A DNA stretch of 64,000 nt from Pseudovirgaria hyperparasitica (GCA_010093815.1 ML996568.1); one strand, 5' to 3'; positions 48,027-60,526 are shown, counted from the first letter of the stretch. Notes: generated from the sequence alone by a model not told the origin. Numbers and translations are program-made.

Positions 48027-49918
48027 ATGGCTATCCCTATTCTCGAGAACAGAGATGCCATCGCTGATAGACCAAAGGTCTTGATCCCCGAGAAGGTCTC
48101 ACCAGATGGACTTGCATTACTCCAGGCCACTTGTGAAGTCCACGAGAAGAAAGGGCTATCACCAGAGCAGCTTCTCGATATCATTGGCGAGTATCAGGCT
48201 CTCATTGTACGTTCTGAGACCAAAGTTACGGCTCAGGTCCTGGTAGCTGGTAAGAAGCTCAAAGTGGTTGCAAGGGCAGGTGTTGGGTATGCTATTCATG
48301 AACCGCTCTCGATACTACATACTGATCAATCGCAGTGTGGATAATGTCGACGTGAAAGCTGCAACTACGCAGGGGATTATTGTCGTGAACTCGCCGTCGG
48401 GAAACATAAATGCTGCTGCAGAACACACGATAGCTTGTACGCGATCCAACTATTGAACTCCCTCCAAGCTTTCCTGATCACATGATATAGTGATGATGGC
48501 CGTTGCTCGAAATATCGGTGATGCATCAGCGAGCATAAAGAACGGGAAGTGGGAGAGAAGTCGGTTGACAGGCGTGGAAGCCAAAGGGAAAACGTTAGGA
48601 ATTATCGGTCTAGGCAAAGGTACACTTTATATTCATTTTCAAGTACGTCACTGCTAATTGGTTCTCAGTTGGTCTCACTGTTGCTCGTATTGCCAATGGC
48701 ATAGGTATGTCTCTAATGGCGTACGATCCATATGCGAATACTTCTTTGGCCGCAGCAGCTTCAGTCACACTTGTATCTAGCATGGCCGACCTGTTACCTG
48801 CATCGGACTTCCTGACTATCCACACGCCTCTCATTGCTTCAACAAAAGGCATGATTGGTGCAGCAGAACTCGCGACCATGAAGCCTACATCCCGCATTCT
48901 GAACGTGGCCAGAGGAGGCATGATTGACGAAGACGCCCTCGTAAAAGCCCTTGACGACGGTACGATAGCTGGAGCGGGTATCGATGTCTTCACTTCTGAG
49001 CCACCCGAGGCAGACTCTTCGGCCTCAAGGCTGATCGCACATCCAAAAGTAGTTGCGACTCCCCACTTGGGCGCTTCAACGAAAGAGGCACAGGAGAACG
49101 TATCGATAGATGTGTGCGAGCAAGTCATCCACATTCTAGCCGGTCAGCTCCCAAGAAGTGCAGTCAACGCTCCGATCATCCTGCCCGAAGAATTCCGCAC
49201 CCTCCAACCATTCGTCACCCTAGTCGAGAAAATGGGTTCTCTCTACACACAGCACTTCAGTTCCTCCAAGATCGTCGCTAATCAGTACCGCACGACATTC
49301 GATCTCATCTACGAGGGTGCTCTCGCATCAATAAACAACACAAAGCCCCTATACGCCGCTCTCGTCAAAGGGCTTCTCGGCCCCATCAGCTCCGCCAATG
49401 ACGTCAACGTCAACATCGTGAATGCCGAGCTCATCACCAAGGAACGCGGCATTCTGATCAACGAGTCGCGCAGCAGAGAAGACCTCGAAGGAAAGGGCTA
49501 CACCAGCTCCGTCACGCTACGTGCGCGCCTCACCCGCTCGACATCGCAAGCACGCACCGGATTCTCCGAACCGCCGGCTGTCGAACAGGTCATCCAAGGC
49601 TTTGCAACCGGCGAGACGGTGTACATCTCCCGCCTAGACCGATTCACAGCGAATTTCATCCCACAAGGCACGCTGCTGTTCTGTCGCAACTACGACCAAG
49701 CCGGAAAGATTGGTTTCGTGGGCAGTCACCTCGGCGCTAATGGTGTGAATATCGATTTCATGAGTGTTGCACCCCTTGCTGAAGATCTGTTGTCGCCATC
49801 GGAGGGTCCCAAGGAGGCATTGATGATTCTCGGCGTTAATGGCCCGATTACTGAGGAGATTGTCAAGGGCCTGATTGATCCCAGGGGTGTGATGGAAGCG
49901 CGCATTGTGCATCTTTGA
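48027..49918 (+). CDS. serA: D-3-phosphoglycerate dehydrogenase, long (type I-like) form; 3 introns
   Basis: ALIVRSETKVT, VVARAGVG|VDNVD, NINAAAEHT, TLGIIGLGKVG, LTIHTPL, LNVARGG, IDVFTSEP, TPHLGAST; C-terminal NIVNA (ASB-like) and NYDQAGKIG..GSHLG..GVNI (ACT-like). Confidence 0.9.
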
Positions 49919-50280
49919 GCATGTTTCGAGAGACCATATTATGGGTTTGCGAGCAATATGGAAACACAGTTCATATATTAGGTCATTCAAAACCACTAAG
50001 TTCAACAACGCTAGGACGGAGTCTGGCAGCTTCAACATAATACAGGCAATATATGGGCGCTCGAGAAGTCATCTTGAATGAATCAAACTGCCTCTTGTCT
50101 TTTGCACTATGATAATTATAATATTTGGGTCGAGTACTAATCACACAGTAAGTCTAACACATCATTGCTTCAAAAAATGCTTTGATTCGGATGGCAACGT
50201 CCTTTTTGTTTCTTCTGTATTGAAGCAAAGAAGAAAGTCTATGTATTTCCAAGCTTGAGAAAACACATTCCAGGCAGCAG

Positions 50281-51566
50281 CTACTCCATCTCAAAATAAT
50301 ACCTACCCGCCGCAACCTTCCCGCCCAACTCCCCATCATCACTCCAACTCACACACACCATCCCATTCCCAAAATCGCTCGCCCAGTCATGCGGATAAAG
50401 ACAATACAAATGATCACTCTTGGGCATAATCTTTGGCCCATGCCCAATCTCATGAATATCATACGGCCCCTCAATCCGCTCCGCCGCACCGACATAAAAG
50501 TCGCCACTCATAAACTTGTTGACGCCAAACCAGACAAACGGCTTGCCGGCCGGGCCGTGGTCCGGCATGTAGAGGATGCCGCCCTGGGACATGCCCGCGA
50601 TGACGTCTTCGAGGTCGGCGTTGGGGTCTTGGAAGTCCTTGACCCAGGATGCTCCGCCCTTGGCGAAGAATTCGTAGGAGCTGCGCTGCGTGAAGTCTGC
50701 GTTTATGGGCACGCGCGCGAGTTTGTTGCCGAGTTCGTTGCCGAGGGAGCCGAAGCCGTAGACGTAGCCGTCGGTGTGTGGGTAGGCTGTGATGCTGAAG
50801 AAGCGTGGCTCGTGTTCCTATGGACGTTTGTCAGTTCTGTCGTCTTCAGGAGAAGTAAAGAGCTGGAAATATCTCTGGTCCATGCAATCACTCCCAGTAA
50901 AGAAAAATACGGTTGATGGGTAGGACCACATACCCCGAAAACCATATTTTCCCCATCCACTCTCTCACAAGTCAGCGTCCCATCGTCCTTGGCAAGCACT
51001 TTTGCCACACCCATGCCAAAACACTTCGTCGCCGCCGCACCCTCGGTCCGGATCTTATCAAACCACAGCCACCCGCCATCCTCCCTCTCCACCACGCCTC
51101 CAAAAACCCAATTCACAAGCCTTCGATTATCCTTCTTCCCCTCCTCACACTCCTGCGCCTCCGCTGGCGTATGCGGCACAAAGTTGTCCGTCAACATCTT
51201 GCCATCCCAATAGTGGCTCTTCGTCGGGTCCGATGGGTCCGGGATCGACGCAATGGTGTTATTGGCCACACCCTTGAAATCATCGCTGTGGTCGAAGCAG
51301 AATGTGTCACCAAACATGTAGTATAGGCGACCATTGAAGCGTATAGATCGCCCGCCATCACGATTGATCTTGCGATTGGATGTGTCGCGAACTTCTCCAA
51401 GAACGGTTGGCGGTTGGAGGAGTTTGGGGGGCCAGACCATGCGAGTACCGGATTGCTGGGGGATGGGAGGGGGAGGGGCATTGTGGTGCTGGCCAGGGAA
51501 GTATTTTTGCTGGGCCTGGGAGGAGTAGGTATCCAGTTTGGACTTGAGTTTGTCGAAGATAGGCAT
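50281..51566 (-). CDS. DUF4185-like / five-bladed beta-propeller hypothetical protein; intron 50818-50933
   Basis: RDGGRS...LYYMFGDTF, GMGVA, EPRF, DGYVYGFG, MSQGGI, YCLYPH; ORFs joined by GTATGT..CTGAC..TAG. Confidence 0.65.
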
Positions 51567-52320
51567 CGTGGGTGGTAGATGGTTTATATGTTCAAGATTG
51601 AGTGGTGAACGAAGTGCAGCAGTGGAGTCTTAAGTATGGAAACCCGGGCTTTGAGGCCATGACGTGGTTGGAGCTCTAGGCTTTATATTAGCGATGACAC
51701 TAGGATCTTTGGTAGAAGCTAACTCTCTGTGCTCGTTGACTGGCGAACGAGATGACTGTAGAGAGAGACAGAGTGTCTGGTGAAGGAGGTAGTGTGTATA
51801 GTCTGTTGATGATAATACTAGGAAGCATTTTTCAAACAAAGCATCAAAAGAACGATATGTGGTGGCACATGCTCGGTTCGACCATTGACAGCCTGAGGTT
51901 CTTTGTTCCAAGTTTACTGGAACAGGTAGGTGTGGCAAGCTTGTCGCGCTAACTACTTATAGACTTCCAATAACATGGGTAGCTACTTGCCTATTTCGGC
52001 ATCCAGAGCTCAGGCCGAAAAAGGCAGCAACGCTGTAGGTGCTGCATTGTATAAGGTTATGCCATTTAGTTTGGCATAGTGCCCTTGTTGGAGCCACAGA
52101 TCTTGGGCCATTACTAGTTGTTAAGGAAGAGTGTTGTCATGTTGGAGCATAGCTTAGTGTTGGGCTCGCTTAGAAGAGTGACTGGTTGGAGTGAAAGGTA
52201 ACAGGTACCCAATATGTGTTGACTCGGGGGGAGGATCGTTCACCTGGAAACTCGCAGTACATAAACGCTATCGTTGGCTTGCCCTAGCAACATGTCCAAC
52301 AACCTCTCATACATCTCAAG

Positions 52321-52998
52321 ATGACTACTATCACACGCTGGGACTGTTCCCAAGGTCCGCCAGGACAATCCCAAAGCTGCATCAGCACCAATGTTGAGCA
52401 ATACCAGCCGCTCCTGAACCATCTTGTCGAGGAGCGTCTGATGCGAGATACAAACGGCAACAACAATCCCCCACCACCGTGGCCTTACGGGGTAAGTGTT
52501 CATGTCACATATCCGAAAGAAGAAAAGCGTTCATTCCTCGCGTTGGGTAGTTTTTTCGAAGAAAACCACAAGGAAAATTTCAGCAAAGATACAGGCTGGG
52601 TGGACGAACGTTCGATTGGTGTGTATTGCGCATGTGGCGACGGCTGGTATGCAAAAGTTACAATATGGACTTGGCCGCCTGGTCAGATAGAGATTCCCAA
52701 GCTATCGCTGACAGATGTCGACTTTAAGAGGTTGGTCGAGTGGGATCCGTCGAGTCCAATCCTCGACACGGAGGAGTTAGAGACACAAGTCAAGCCTCGG
52801 AGTCCAGTCTTGAATACTCATGACTCAGGACTGCGAGCTGAGTCGATCCGCAACTTATTCACTGAGGCTGAACTTGCTCACATGGCCACTATGCACGATG
52901 ATATTCTTGCCGAGTCCGCCAATATGGGTCCTGAAGACTATGAGATTCTGGCCGGTTGCGCGAACATTTCTCTCGATTCCACGGCCGAAGCAGAGTGA
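52321..52998 (+). CDS. Hypothetical protein (225 aa), no recognised family
   Basis: Uninterrupted ATG-initiated ORF with protein-like composition; 3' end overlaps the convergent hydrolase ORF. Confidence 0.45.
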   Translation: MTTITRWDCSQGPPGQSQSCISTNVEQYQPLLNHLVEERLMRDTNGNNNPPPPWPYGVSVHVTYPKEEKRSFLALGSFFEENHKENFSKDTGWVDERSIGVYCACGDGWYAKVTIWTWPPGQIEIPKLSLTDVDFKRLVEWDPSSPILDTEELETQVKPRSPVLNTHDSGLRAESIRNLFTEAELAHMATMHDDILAESANMGPEDYEILAGCANISLDSTAEAE

Positions 52999-53960
52999 TG
53001 CAAGCTGTTCTTCCGATATCGAAGCTGTTCGAGAACCCACTTCACCTCTTTCGCGACAAGCTGTGGTCTGCGAATGGGCATGTCATGGCCATAACAATCG
53101 ATGACGACGTACCTACTGTTGCGGGATAGGCGAAGCTGAGCGGCCTTGATCTGATCATCGAAGATGCGATAGGAGTCAATGAATTTCTGTGCTCTTTCCC
53201 TTTCCTCTTTCGTGCCATTGCCCATCTTCACGCCATGCTCGTAGATGACTTTATAGTCTTTGTCGGCGGCATTGCATTTGATCACGCTGAGTGGTTTGTC
53301 GGCCATGACCTGTCGCTGCATCTCTTGTCGTTGTGCCAGCCATGTTCCGCTCCCGCGATTATCTTCTGCCCCGGCACCTTGGGTGGTTCTGCTTATGGCT
53401 TTGATTATGGCAGCCCACTCGTTGTCAGAAAGATGCGATTCTTCTTTGAGGTGAGTAACTTCGGCGAAGTCTACATTGGTGCCAATGACCTTGAGCTCCT
53501 CACATGGAACTGACGGATAAAGTTCAAACATCAGCTCTGTAGCAGAGTCGATGAGTACGGCACCAGCGACCGTGTTAGGATATAACTCTAGGAATGATCG
53601 AGCTACGATTGATCCGTAAGAGTGTGAGACAATGATGTATGGTGGCTCAACATTGACAGCGCGCATCAACGCCCGCAGTTCTTGGGCACTACGCTGTGTA
53701 GTCACCCACTCATCTGGCCCTCGATCGCTATTGTTGTAGCCTGCTCGGTCATAGAAATAGGTCCTAGTGAATTCAGATAGATTTTCCTGTAGTCGCATAT
53801 ATACTATAGACGGCGCGCCACCGCCTGTGAAGTATATTATGACAGGCTGACCATGCTTCCTAGGTGGACCAGACGTGGACAAGAATAGCTTGTACGAGCC
53901 CACCGAAATGAAGTCGCTCTTCGTTGAAGTCTCCCAAGGGTTTTCACTTCGGACGACCAT
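52938..53960 (-). CDS. Alpha/beta-fold hydrolase
   Basis: YFTGGG oxyanion region, YDRAGYNNSD, nucleophile elbow PPYIIVSHSYG, VAGAVLIDS, catalytic His in YGHDMPIRRP. Confidence 0.88.
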   Translation of the reverse strand: MVVRSENPWETSTKSDFISVGSYKLFLSTSGPPRKHGQPVIIYFTGGGAPSIVYMRLQENLSEFTRTYFYDRAGYNNSDRGPDEWVTTQRSAQELRALMRAVNVEPPYIIVSHSYGSIVARSFLELYPNTVAGAVLIDSATELMFELYPSVPCEELKVIGTNVDFAEVTHLKEESHLSDNEWAAIIKAISRTTQGAGAEDNRGSGTWLAQRQEMQRQVMADKPLSVIKCNAADKDYKVIYEHGVKMGNGTKEERERAQKFIDSYRIFDDQIKAAQLRLSRNSRYVVIDCYGHDMPIRRPQLVAKEVKWVLEQLRYRKNSLHHSASAVESREMFAQPARIS

Positions 53961-54156
53961 ATCGGCTCTCGTTATATGTCACCAAAGCGTGTTTTGCGGG
54001 ATGCTTGTGTTCTATCAGCCGGACGTTCGAGATTCTATCGAAATGTGCAGCAACTGAGGGGTAGTAGCAGGGGACTCGGAAAGGCGTCGGTTGTCTCGAG
54101 ATTAGCCACAATTCTATTGGGAGGCATCATATCTGACATTCTTGGCCACACCGAAA

Positions 54157-55359
54157 TCATTGGTCAAATAGAATACCAGCTGCTAGTTCAACGTTGTTTT
54201 CTGTTGCACTGAGAGCTTGTATCGCATCGGCGCGACTGAACCCCAGCTCGACCAAGGTTAACACATCTTCTTCTCTCCATGGGTGAGGCGTATGGACTGG
54301 CTGTATCTCGACTACACTCCGTATCGTCTGACCAATGGCCTTGACCCAATCCCATGGGTTTTTGCCGGCCATGTCAGGGTCGTTTTCTCCTGAGTTGAAG
54401 TACTCCCAACCCATGACACCACCAAACCCGCGGTGACGACTACGTAGAGTCCTGAAGACTTCCAAGAGCTTCGCAAGAGGGACACTCCCAGATCCGTTTC
54501 GTGATGTCGTCACGACTCCTAGAACAACCTTGTCCGCTGGCCATCCCGCCGCGATGATCGCATCGTACCACTGTGGCTGCGAAGCATCTCCCCATCCACA
54601 ATACAGCTGTGCATTCAACCACGATATCCTCGAGCCAATCTCGCTCCCAAATAGCTCAGGATAGGAGAAACCGCTTAGATGCTTTAGTGTAGGCTCGGTG
54701 CAAGCAGCTTTGCCGTTCGGCACAGGCGTGCTGTGGTCGAAATGGTAGGGGCGCACAGGGAGGAGGGGATTTTTAATCGTTTCTGGAAGTAACGCGGTAC
54801 ATGTCGGCGCATACGTAAGGAGGAAGTCTTTGCCAAACACGGAATCGAGTCGGCGCATGGTACGCATAGGCGTCGCTAGTGGAACCTCTTCTTCAATGTC
54901 GAGATCGAGGCCAGACAGTCCGTGTCTCTTGATAAGATCAATTACCGGTTCAAAGTAGGCATTGAACTAAAGCAGGTACTATAAGTATCATTCAAAACCG
55001 TGTTATAGAGAGCGTACTTCTTCTTCACTTCCACTCAACCGCTCCCAACTTCCCTTGGCTGCACCACCAACCATGATTGACACTTTGACGCCAGCACCAA
55101 GCAGCCATCCTACTTCAGCCCAAAGGGTATCGAACTTGGGATGATCTGGCGGATCATCATTGAGTGAGATGTTCCCGGGACCCTGATTGATGTGGAGCGC
55201 AGCGAGAATGACGTGCGTGACGCCGGTGTTCTGTGTGATTAGGGGAAGTAACGAGATTGGATTGCCTTCAGGAGTATGATGAGTCTGCGCATAGAGAACG
55301 AGACGAGGAGGGGTTGAAGACACAGGGAGAAGTCCTGACGATTGGGCTACAGGAGGCAT
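54157..55359 (-). CDS. GH18 endo-beta-N-acetylglucosaminidase-like protein (EndoT/Eng18 type) with C-terminal UBA domain; intron 54967-55017
   Basis: RLVLYAQTHH...PISLLPLIT..TGVTHVILAALHIN..ISLNDDPPDHPKFDTLW...GVKVSIMVGGAAKGSW; catalytic GLDLDIEE; QLYCGWG; GGVMGWEYFN; tail EEDVLTLVELGFSRADAIQALSATENNVELAAGILFDQ. Confidence 0.85.
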
Positions 55360-55816
55360 CTTCAATATCTTCTTATAACCCGACTGGGATGACCCCGAGC
55401 TGAGTCTTCCAATATTCAATCGCGGGGTATCAGAATCACCCGTTTCGTACTAGCGTCGAGGGGCAAGACGCGAGACGAGTACGCGTTCATGTGAGATCTC
55501 CCAGCATCAGACGCAAGGTGTTAGACAGTCGAGTAGTACAGATGTAAGAGAACGTTCCAATGTTTTACTTGCCGGTCCAGCCATCTCCACTACGAATAAT
55601 AAAGCGTTTACATGTATCCCAAGCCAGCGAGCCGCCAGGTCACCTGTCACTTGCCCAAACGCCAAACCACAATACCCAATATGCCCGTACATCAGAACCT
55701 AACCGTCTAGAAGAGGGCCAGCAACTTGATATTTTATCGTCAACGTCATTTTCAATTCAGGCTTTGGCGCTCGAGGTATATTTCATATCAAGCAAGGCCT
55801 TCTCAGAATCTCGTTC

Positions 55817-56966
55817 TTAGCGCAGTCCGTTCTGTCTGCCAGCCCAGATGTGGCTCTTGCCGTCAAAGTAATCATGCAGAAGTGCTTGCTTTGCGGATAT
55901 TCTCTGGGATGGGTCGTAGAATAGCATACCATGGAGGAGATCAATAGCATCGTCGTCCATTCCAGGCACAGTTTCCTCGAGACTAGCTGCGGCCCATTTT
56001 GGGAATGAGGCTTTGAAATCTGGGAATGTGCTCACACCTGGCCAGTCGTGCTCTGTTGGTGTGCCCATTGTACTGTCTTTCAATCAGCTTTAGCAAGAGG
56101 TTGTCATTGTAAATTTAGCCTACCGGAAAATCTTGAAAATTTCATCGATTTCCGAATCACCCGGGAAGAGAGGCTTTCGGGTTACCATCTCCGCGAATAT
56201 GCAGCCTACAGACCACATGTCGACTCCAGTAGAGTACTGACGGCCTCCGAGCAAGATCTCAGGGGCACGGTACCACAACGTGACGACCTGGACTAATTGT
56301 TAGTAACAAGCCATGTCATTCTATGGAACATGTACCTCGTGGGTGTACGTCCTCAATGGTACACCAAAAGCCCGAGCAAGACCAAAGTCCGCAAGCTTGA
56401 GGTTGCCTTCCTTATCAATCAAGAGATTCTGGGGCTTCAGGTCGCGGTGCAGCACACGGTGCGCATGACAGTACTTTACTCCAAGAACCAATTGACTCAT
56501 GAACCGTTTCACCATGTCTGGCCCCAGTCCAAGACTTTGGAGAGCACTCCCTTGAGAATCTTGAGGGAGTGCTTTTCCGCGGCCACCCTGGGATACAGGG
56601 AGTGCTTCCATATACTTCTTCAAATCGCAATCGAGAAACTCGAAAACGAGGTATAGCTTGTGGCCGTCGGCGTGAACGATGTTGAGGAGCCGCACGATGT
56701 TGGGGTCGTTCATCTCTTTGAGAAGTGATATTTCCCGAATTGCGGTGCTGGGTACACCTTCATCTTCTGCTTCGAGTCTTATCTTCTTCAACGCAACGAT
56801 GGGACGATCGGGTCTGGTGAGATCTCTCGCTTTGTACACGACACCGTATGTTCCTGTGATTGGCTCATCAGTACATAACTTCTGGTTCGAGTGAGCGATG
56901 CTGAGCAATCGCGCATGCGAAGACTTTACCCTCGCCAACCTTCTCCATTTTCTGATAGTTCTCCAT
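55817..56966 (-). CDS. cdc28: Cyclin-dependent kinase Cdk1 (Cdc28/Cdc2/NimX), multi-exon
   Basis: [90 protein letters not shown]. Confidence 0.97.
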
Positions 56967-57381
56967 GATGAGGGTGTAGCTCTCGGTTTGTTATCAGTTC
57001 CCAGTATATCCGAAGATCGACAGTTAGCGAACCGCGGGGTTCAAATACGGCGGGGCGCGCAAGAAAGCGAGGTTGAGGTTTTGAATGCCAAAGCTGAGCG
57101 TGTACGTGAGATCAAATGGTCATGGAGACTGTGGAGGGTTCATTGGTTAGTATGCGTCCGGGGAAAAGAAAGAAGGCGTTGCGTCGCACTATGCAGAAGC
57201 TGAGATGTTGTGGAAAAACAGCAAACGGTAAGTACCTAAACATGGTTGGCGGGCGTTCCTGGGCTAAAAGGCTTGGCACTGCGCGCGTTGGTGTCGCGCT
57301 GAAACGTGACCTGTCAAAATAAAATTCCGCCCGGTCCTTGTAAAGTAACGAACTGAACGTCAAGCCTCAGCTACCTTCATC

Positions 57382-58603
57382 ATGGACGCTCTGTCTGGTC
57401 TGGATGCTCACCAGAAGCCCCCGGAAGACATCCGGCTGGTCTATAAGTCATACCAGAAGATGAAAGTGGCGGCGTTAGATTGGGATGAAAACCTGCTAGA
57501 CTTTAAGAGAGAATTATCAAAAACGCATAAAAGCAAGGTCAAAGTCTTGCACACACTAGACTATGAACATCTTCAAGGTATCTTCCAACAGTTCACCGGA
57601 GAAGTGGTGGATGTCAGTAATCGAGCCTGCGAAAAGAAGGCAACGATTCCAGCTTCGATACCGGTGTATGAACACGATGACTGTCCAGGTAAGGATATTT
57701 GAACGAGGCTGGTACTGCTGCAATTTTCTGATCATCGCCTTTTCACGATGGAGAGCGGCTGTTCGACTTCGGACGTACTTCAAGCGCTACACCAGTCTTA
57801 CCTAGCCTTGCGCCTGACACTACACAGGCTTACGCATAATTCCATCCGCAATCCCATTGAGTACTCAAAGAGTTCTCCTGGACCGGCTGCTCCATCGAGA
57901 TCTCGTGAATCCAAGGCACATGACCAACGTGCATCTACATCACCACCTCATACAACCAGCGTCTGGTCAGTCTTTTTTCTCACTTCCACCGGAGCCTGTG
58001 CCAGTGTACAGACCAAAAGACCCGGCGGTCCATGGGCCCCTCACGCTCGAATCGCTTCTGAACCGAAAACTTCGATGGGTCACTCTGGGAGGCCAGTATG
58101 ACTGGACCAGGAAGAGATATCCCACATCTGAGCCTCCACCATTCCCTGATGATATCGCTCGCCTGCTACGCGGGCTATGTCCAGACATATTACCTGAGGC
58201 GGCAATCTGTAACCTCTACACCCCAGGTGATACATTGAGCCTACATCGCGATGTCAGTGAGCAATGTGCTGCGCCTCTACTGAGTCTGAGCATTGGTTGT
58301 GATGCAATATTCATCCTGAGTGCCCTGAAAGATAGGGGCACCCCAATGGAGACAACTTATCCACCTGCCACGATCAAATTGCATTCAGGCGATATTGTTG
58401 TGATGTCTGGGCCTTCTCGCTTTGCCTGGCATGGCATTCCCAAGGTCATTGCAGATACGTGTCCAGAAGCCCTGAGCGAATGGCCGTCATTTGAATGTGA
58501 CAGCACATCAAGTATAGGTGTCCGCCCTTTCTCGCAGTGGTCTGGCTGGTTGAAACGGAAGCGTATCAATCTAAATGTAAGGCAGATGTTTGCCGGTGAA
58601 TAG
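57382..58603 (+). CDS. AlkB-family 2OG-Fe(II) dioxygenase (ALKBH1-like); intron 57689-57827
   Basis: KLRWVTLGGQYDW, PEAAICNLYTPGDTLSLHRDVSE (HxD), LHSGDIVVMSGPSRFAWHGIP, KRINLNVRQ. Confidence 0.92.
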
Positions 58604-58935
58604 CAAAACAACGCGCCCCGATACCGGGGAGTCTCGATCATCAACTGTATTTCTAAGCGTCTTTCCACGTAGGCTGCCCGTGTGACCGAGTTGACAGCAT
58701 CGCCAGGGTAGCAAAGTGAGGAAGAAAAACATCTACCTTGCAGGGATGGGATCCCTTTGCCTTCTTTGCCTTGTGGTTCGCCTCACATCCAGGGCCGGTC
58801 AGCATTCTCCAAGCGGGTGTAGACTTCACGATATGTTGTGCATTTAGTTATCTTCGAGAAACTTATAGGAAAGTGCCCGCTCTTGAACTGGTCCAGGCCT
58901 CTGAAAGCATCACAGATATCCTTGACTAAGCACAA

Positions 58936-60526
58936 ATGGACATGTTCTCCCCAAACGATTACCATTCTCATCAAGCTCGCAACGATGGCGGCAACACACC
59001 CCAATTTCTTCAGGTTCCATATTCTTACGCTCAGTATCATGATACCAGCAATCCTCCAAGCTACGCAATGCAGTGGTCACATTTGGACGGCTCGAATGTA
59101 CCTCCCGAACAACCTGCTTATACGCACGCACAGAGCTCCAGCTTCCCACCTCACGAGGGCCTGCAATACGTCACCGATGCATCCGACGCTGGCAGTTATG
59201 CTGGCTTGGCGTTGTCACCAGGAGATAACAATAGCGTGTGAGTGCCCAATCTACTTTGTCCGCAAGTACAGAGGCGAATCCCCAAGGCTTCGCAAACACA
59301 TATGGAAGGTATTTTAGAGACGTCAACGTTCAATGTTGGGCCCGTATCAGCTAACCGAGCTTAAACCATGGTCATGGGTCTATCCGAAGTCACCCCATTT
59401 CCATACATACCGCGAAGGAAAGCATTGGTTTTTCCGCCCCAGAGATACAATACAATTCCTCTTTTTCTTCTTCATATTTGGGAACGACCAACCAGTTCAA
59501 CGGTTGATGTCTGTATACTGACACGCTGCCAAACAGTGGTGGAAGGGGCATGAGGCTGACAGGTTTCCGCAGTGTGCTCTTTTAAGGATGACATCCGGAT
59601 AATAATGGACCGTAGGGCCTTTGGACCGTTGGACTTCTGGATCTATGGCGTGGACTTCTGGACGCATGATGTTTTCTTCCATTGTGACTGGGATGCTTAC
59701 TGGACCTCTTGAACTGAACTGGAAATTGCCAAAGGACAAAGCTGGTCTATTGGCTCCCTTTGATCGTCCCTTGATAGGCGACAGAATTTTTATATGACAC
59801 ACTGCTTACAAGTTCCTGCCTTTGCTACCTGGTGCTGGATCCCCGGTCTTTGAAATATCGTGGCAATTCCAGCTACTTTCTCTATCCCGTCCGCCATATA
59901 GAGTCAGTTGCGACTAAGCGCCGCATGTCTTGGACGAATCCCTACCAAAACCCGACAGCGGTGTTGTTCACTCGCTTCACTCTCGCATTTCACAGACAGA
60001 CCGCATATCTAGGCGATCTTTGGACTACACGACCCTCGTTTGAATACCCACCACCTTCCTTGCTTGGGACCGCTCCCAGCCATTTTTGGGCATGACCTCT
60101 CATGCAAACACACCATTTCCGTCAGGCCTTTTGAAAATTGGAATTGGTCGATACGATCCCTCGAACCTCAACTAAGACGTCTCTCTTAGAAGCAACATTC
60201 AGTCAGCGATCTCTGTTATTGCATACGTCAACTCCGACTACTCCTTCTCATGCGCCCTCGCCGGCTGCGAGGGTATCAGCTTCAAGCGTGTCGCCGACCT
60301 CAAACGACATCATGAATCGCATCACCAGCAGAGCCAACAATTCTGGTGTCGAGTTTCGACGTGTCGCCGAAGTCGCAAGGAGAGTCATTGTCAAAGCGAT
60401 GGTCTGTCCGGAAAGGCATTCAAGCGCAAGGACAAGCGTGATGAGCATGAGGAGAAGGTTCATGGGATAATGTCGTCTCGGCGCACGTCTCGACACGTAT
60501 CTCGTCTCAGCGCATCATCCAGGTGA
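58936..60526 (+). CDS. C2H2 zinc-finger protein; probable exons 58936-59237 and 60190-60526
   Basis: Manual translation of 60190-60526: FSCALAGCEGISFKRVADLKRHHESHH...FWCRVSTCRRS...KAFKRKDKRDEHEEKVH. Donor GTGAGT 59238 (phase 2) matches acceptor TAG ending 60189. The exon join is inferred. Confidence 0.7.

Noticed and set aside
60138..60470. Listed 110-aa ORF as the real protein
   Set aside because: The C2H2 fingers are in a different, ATG-less frame reached by splicing.
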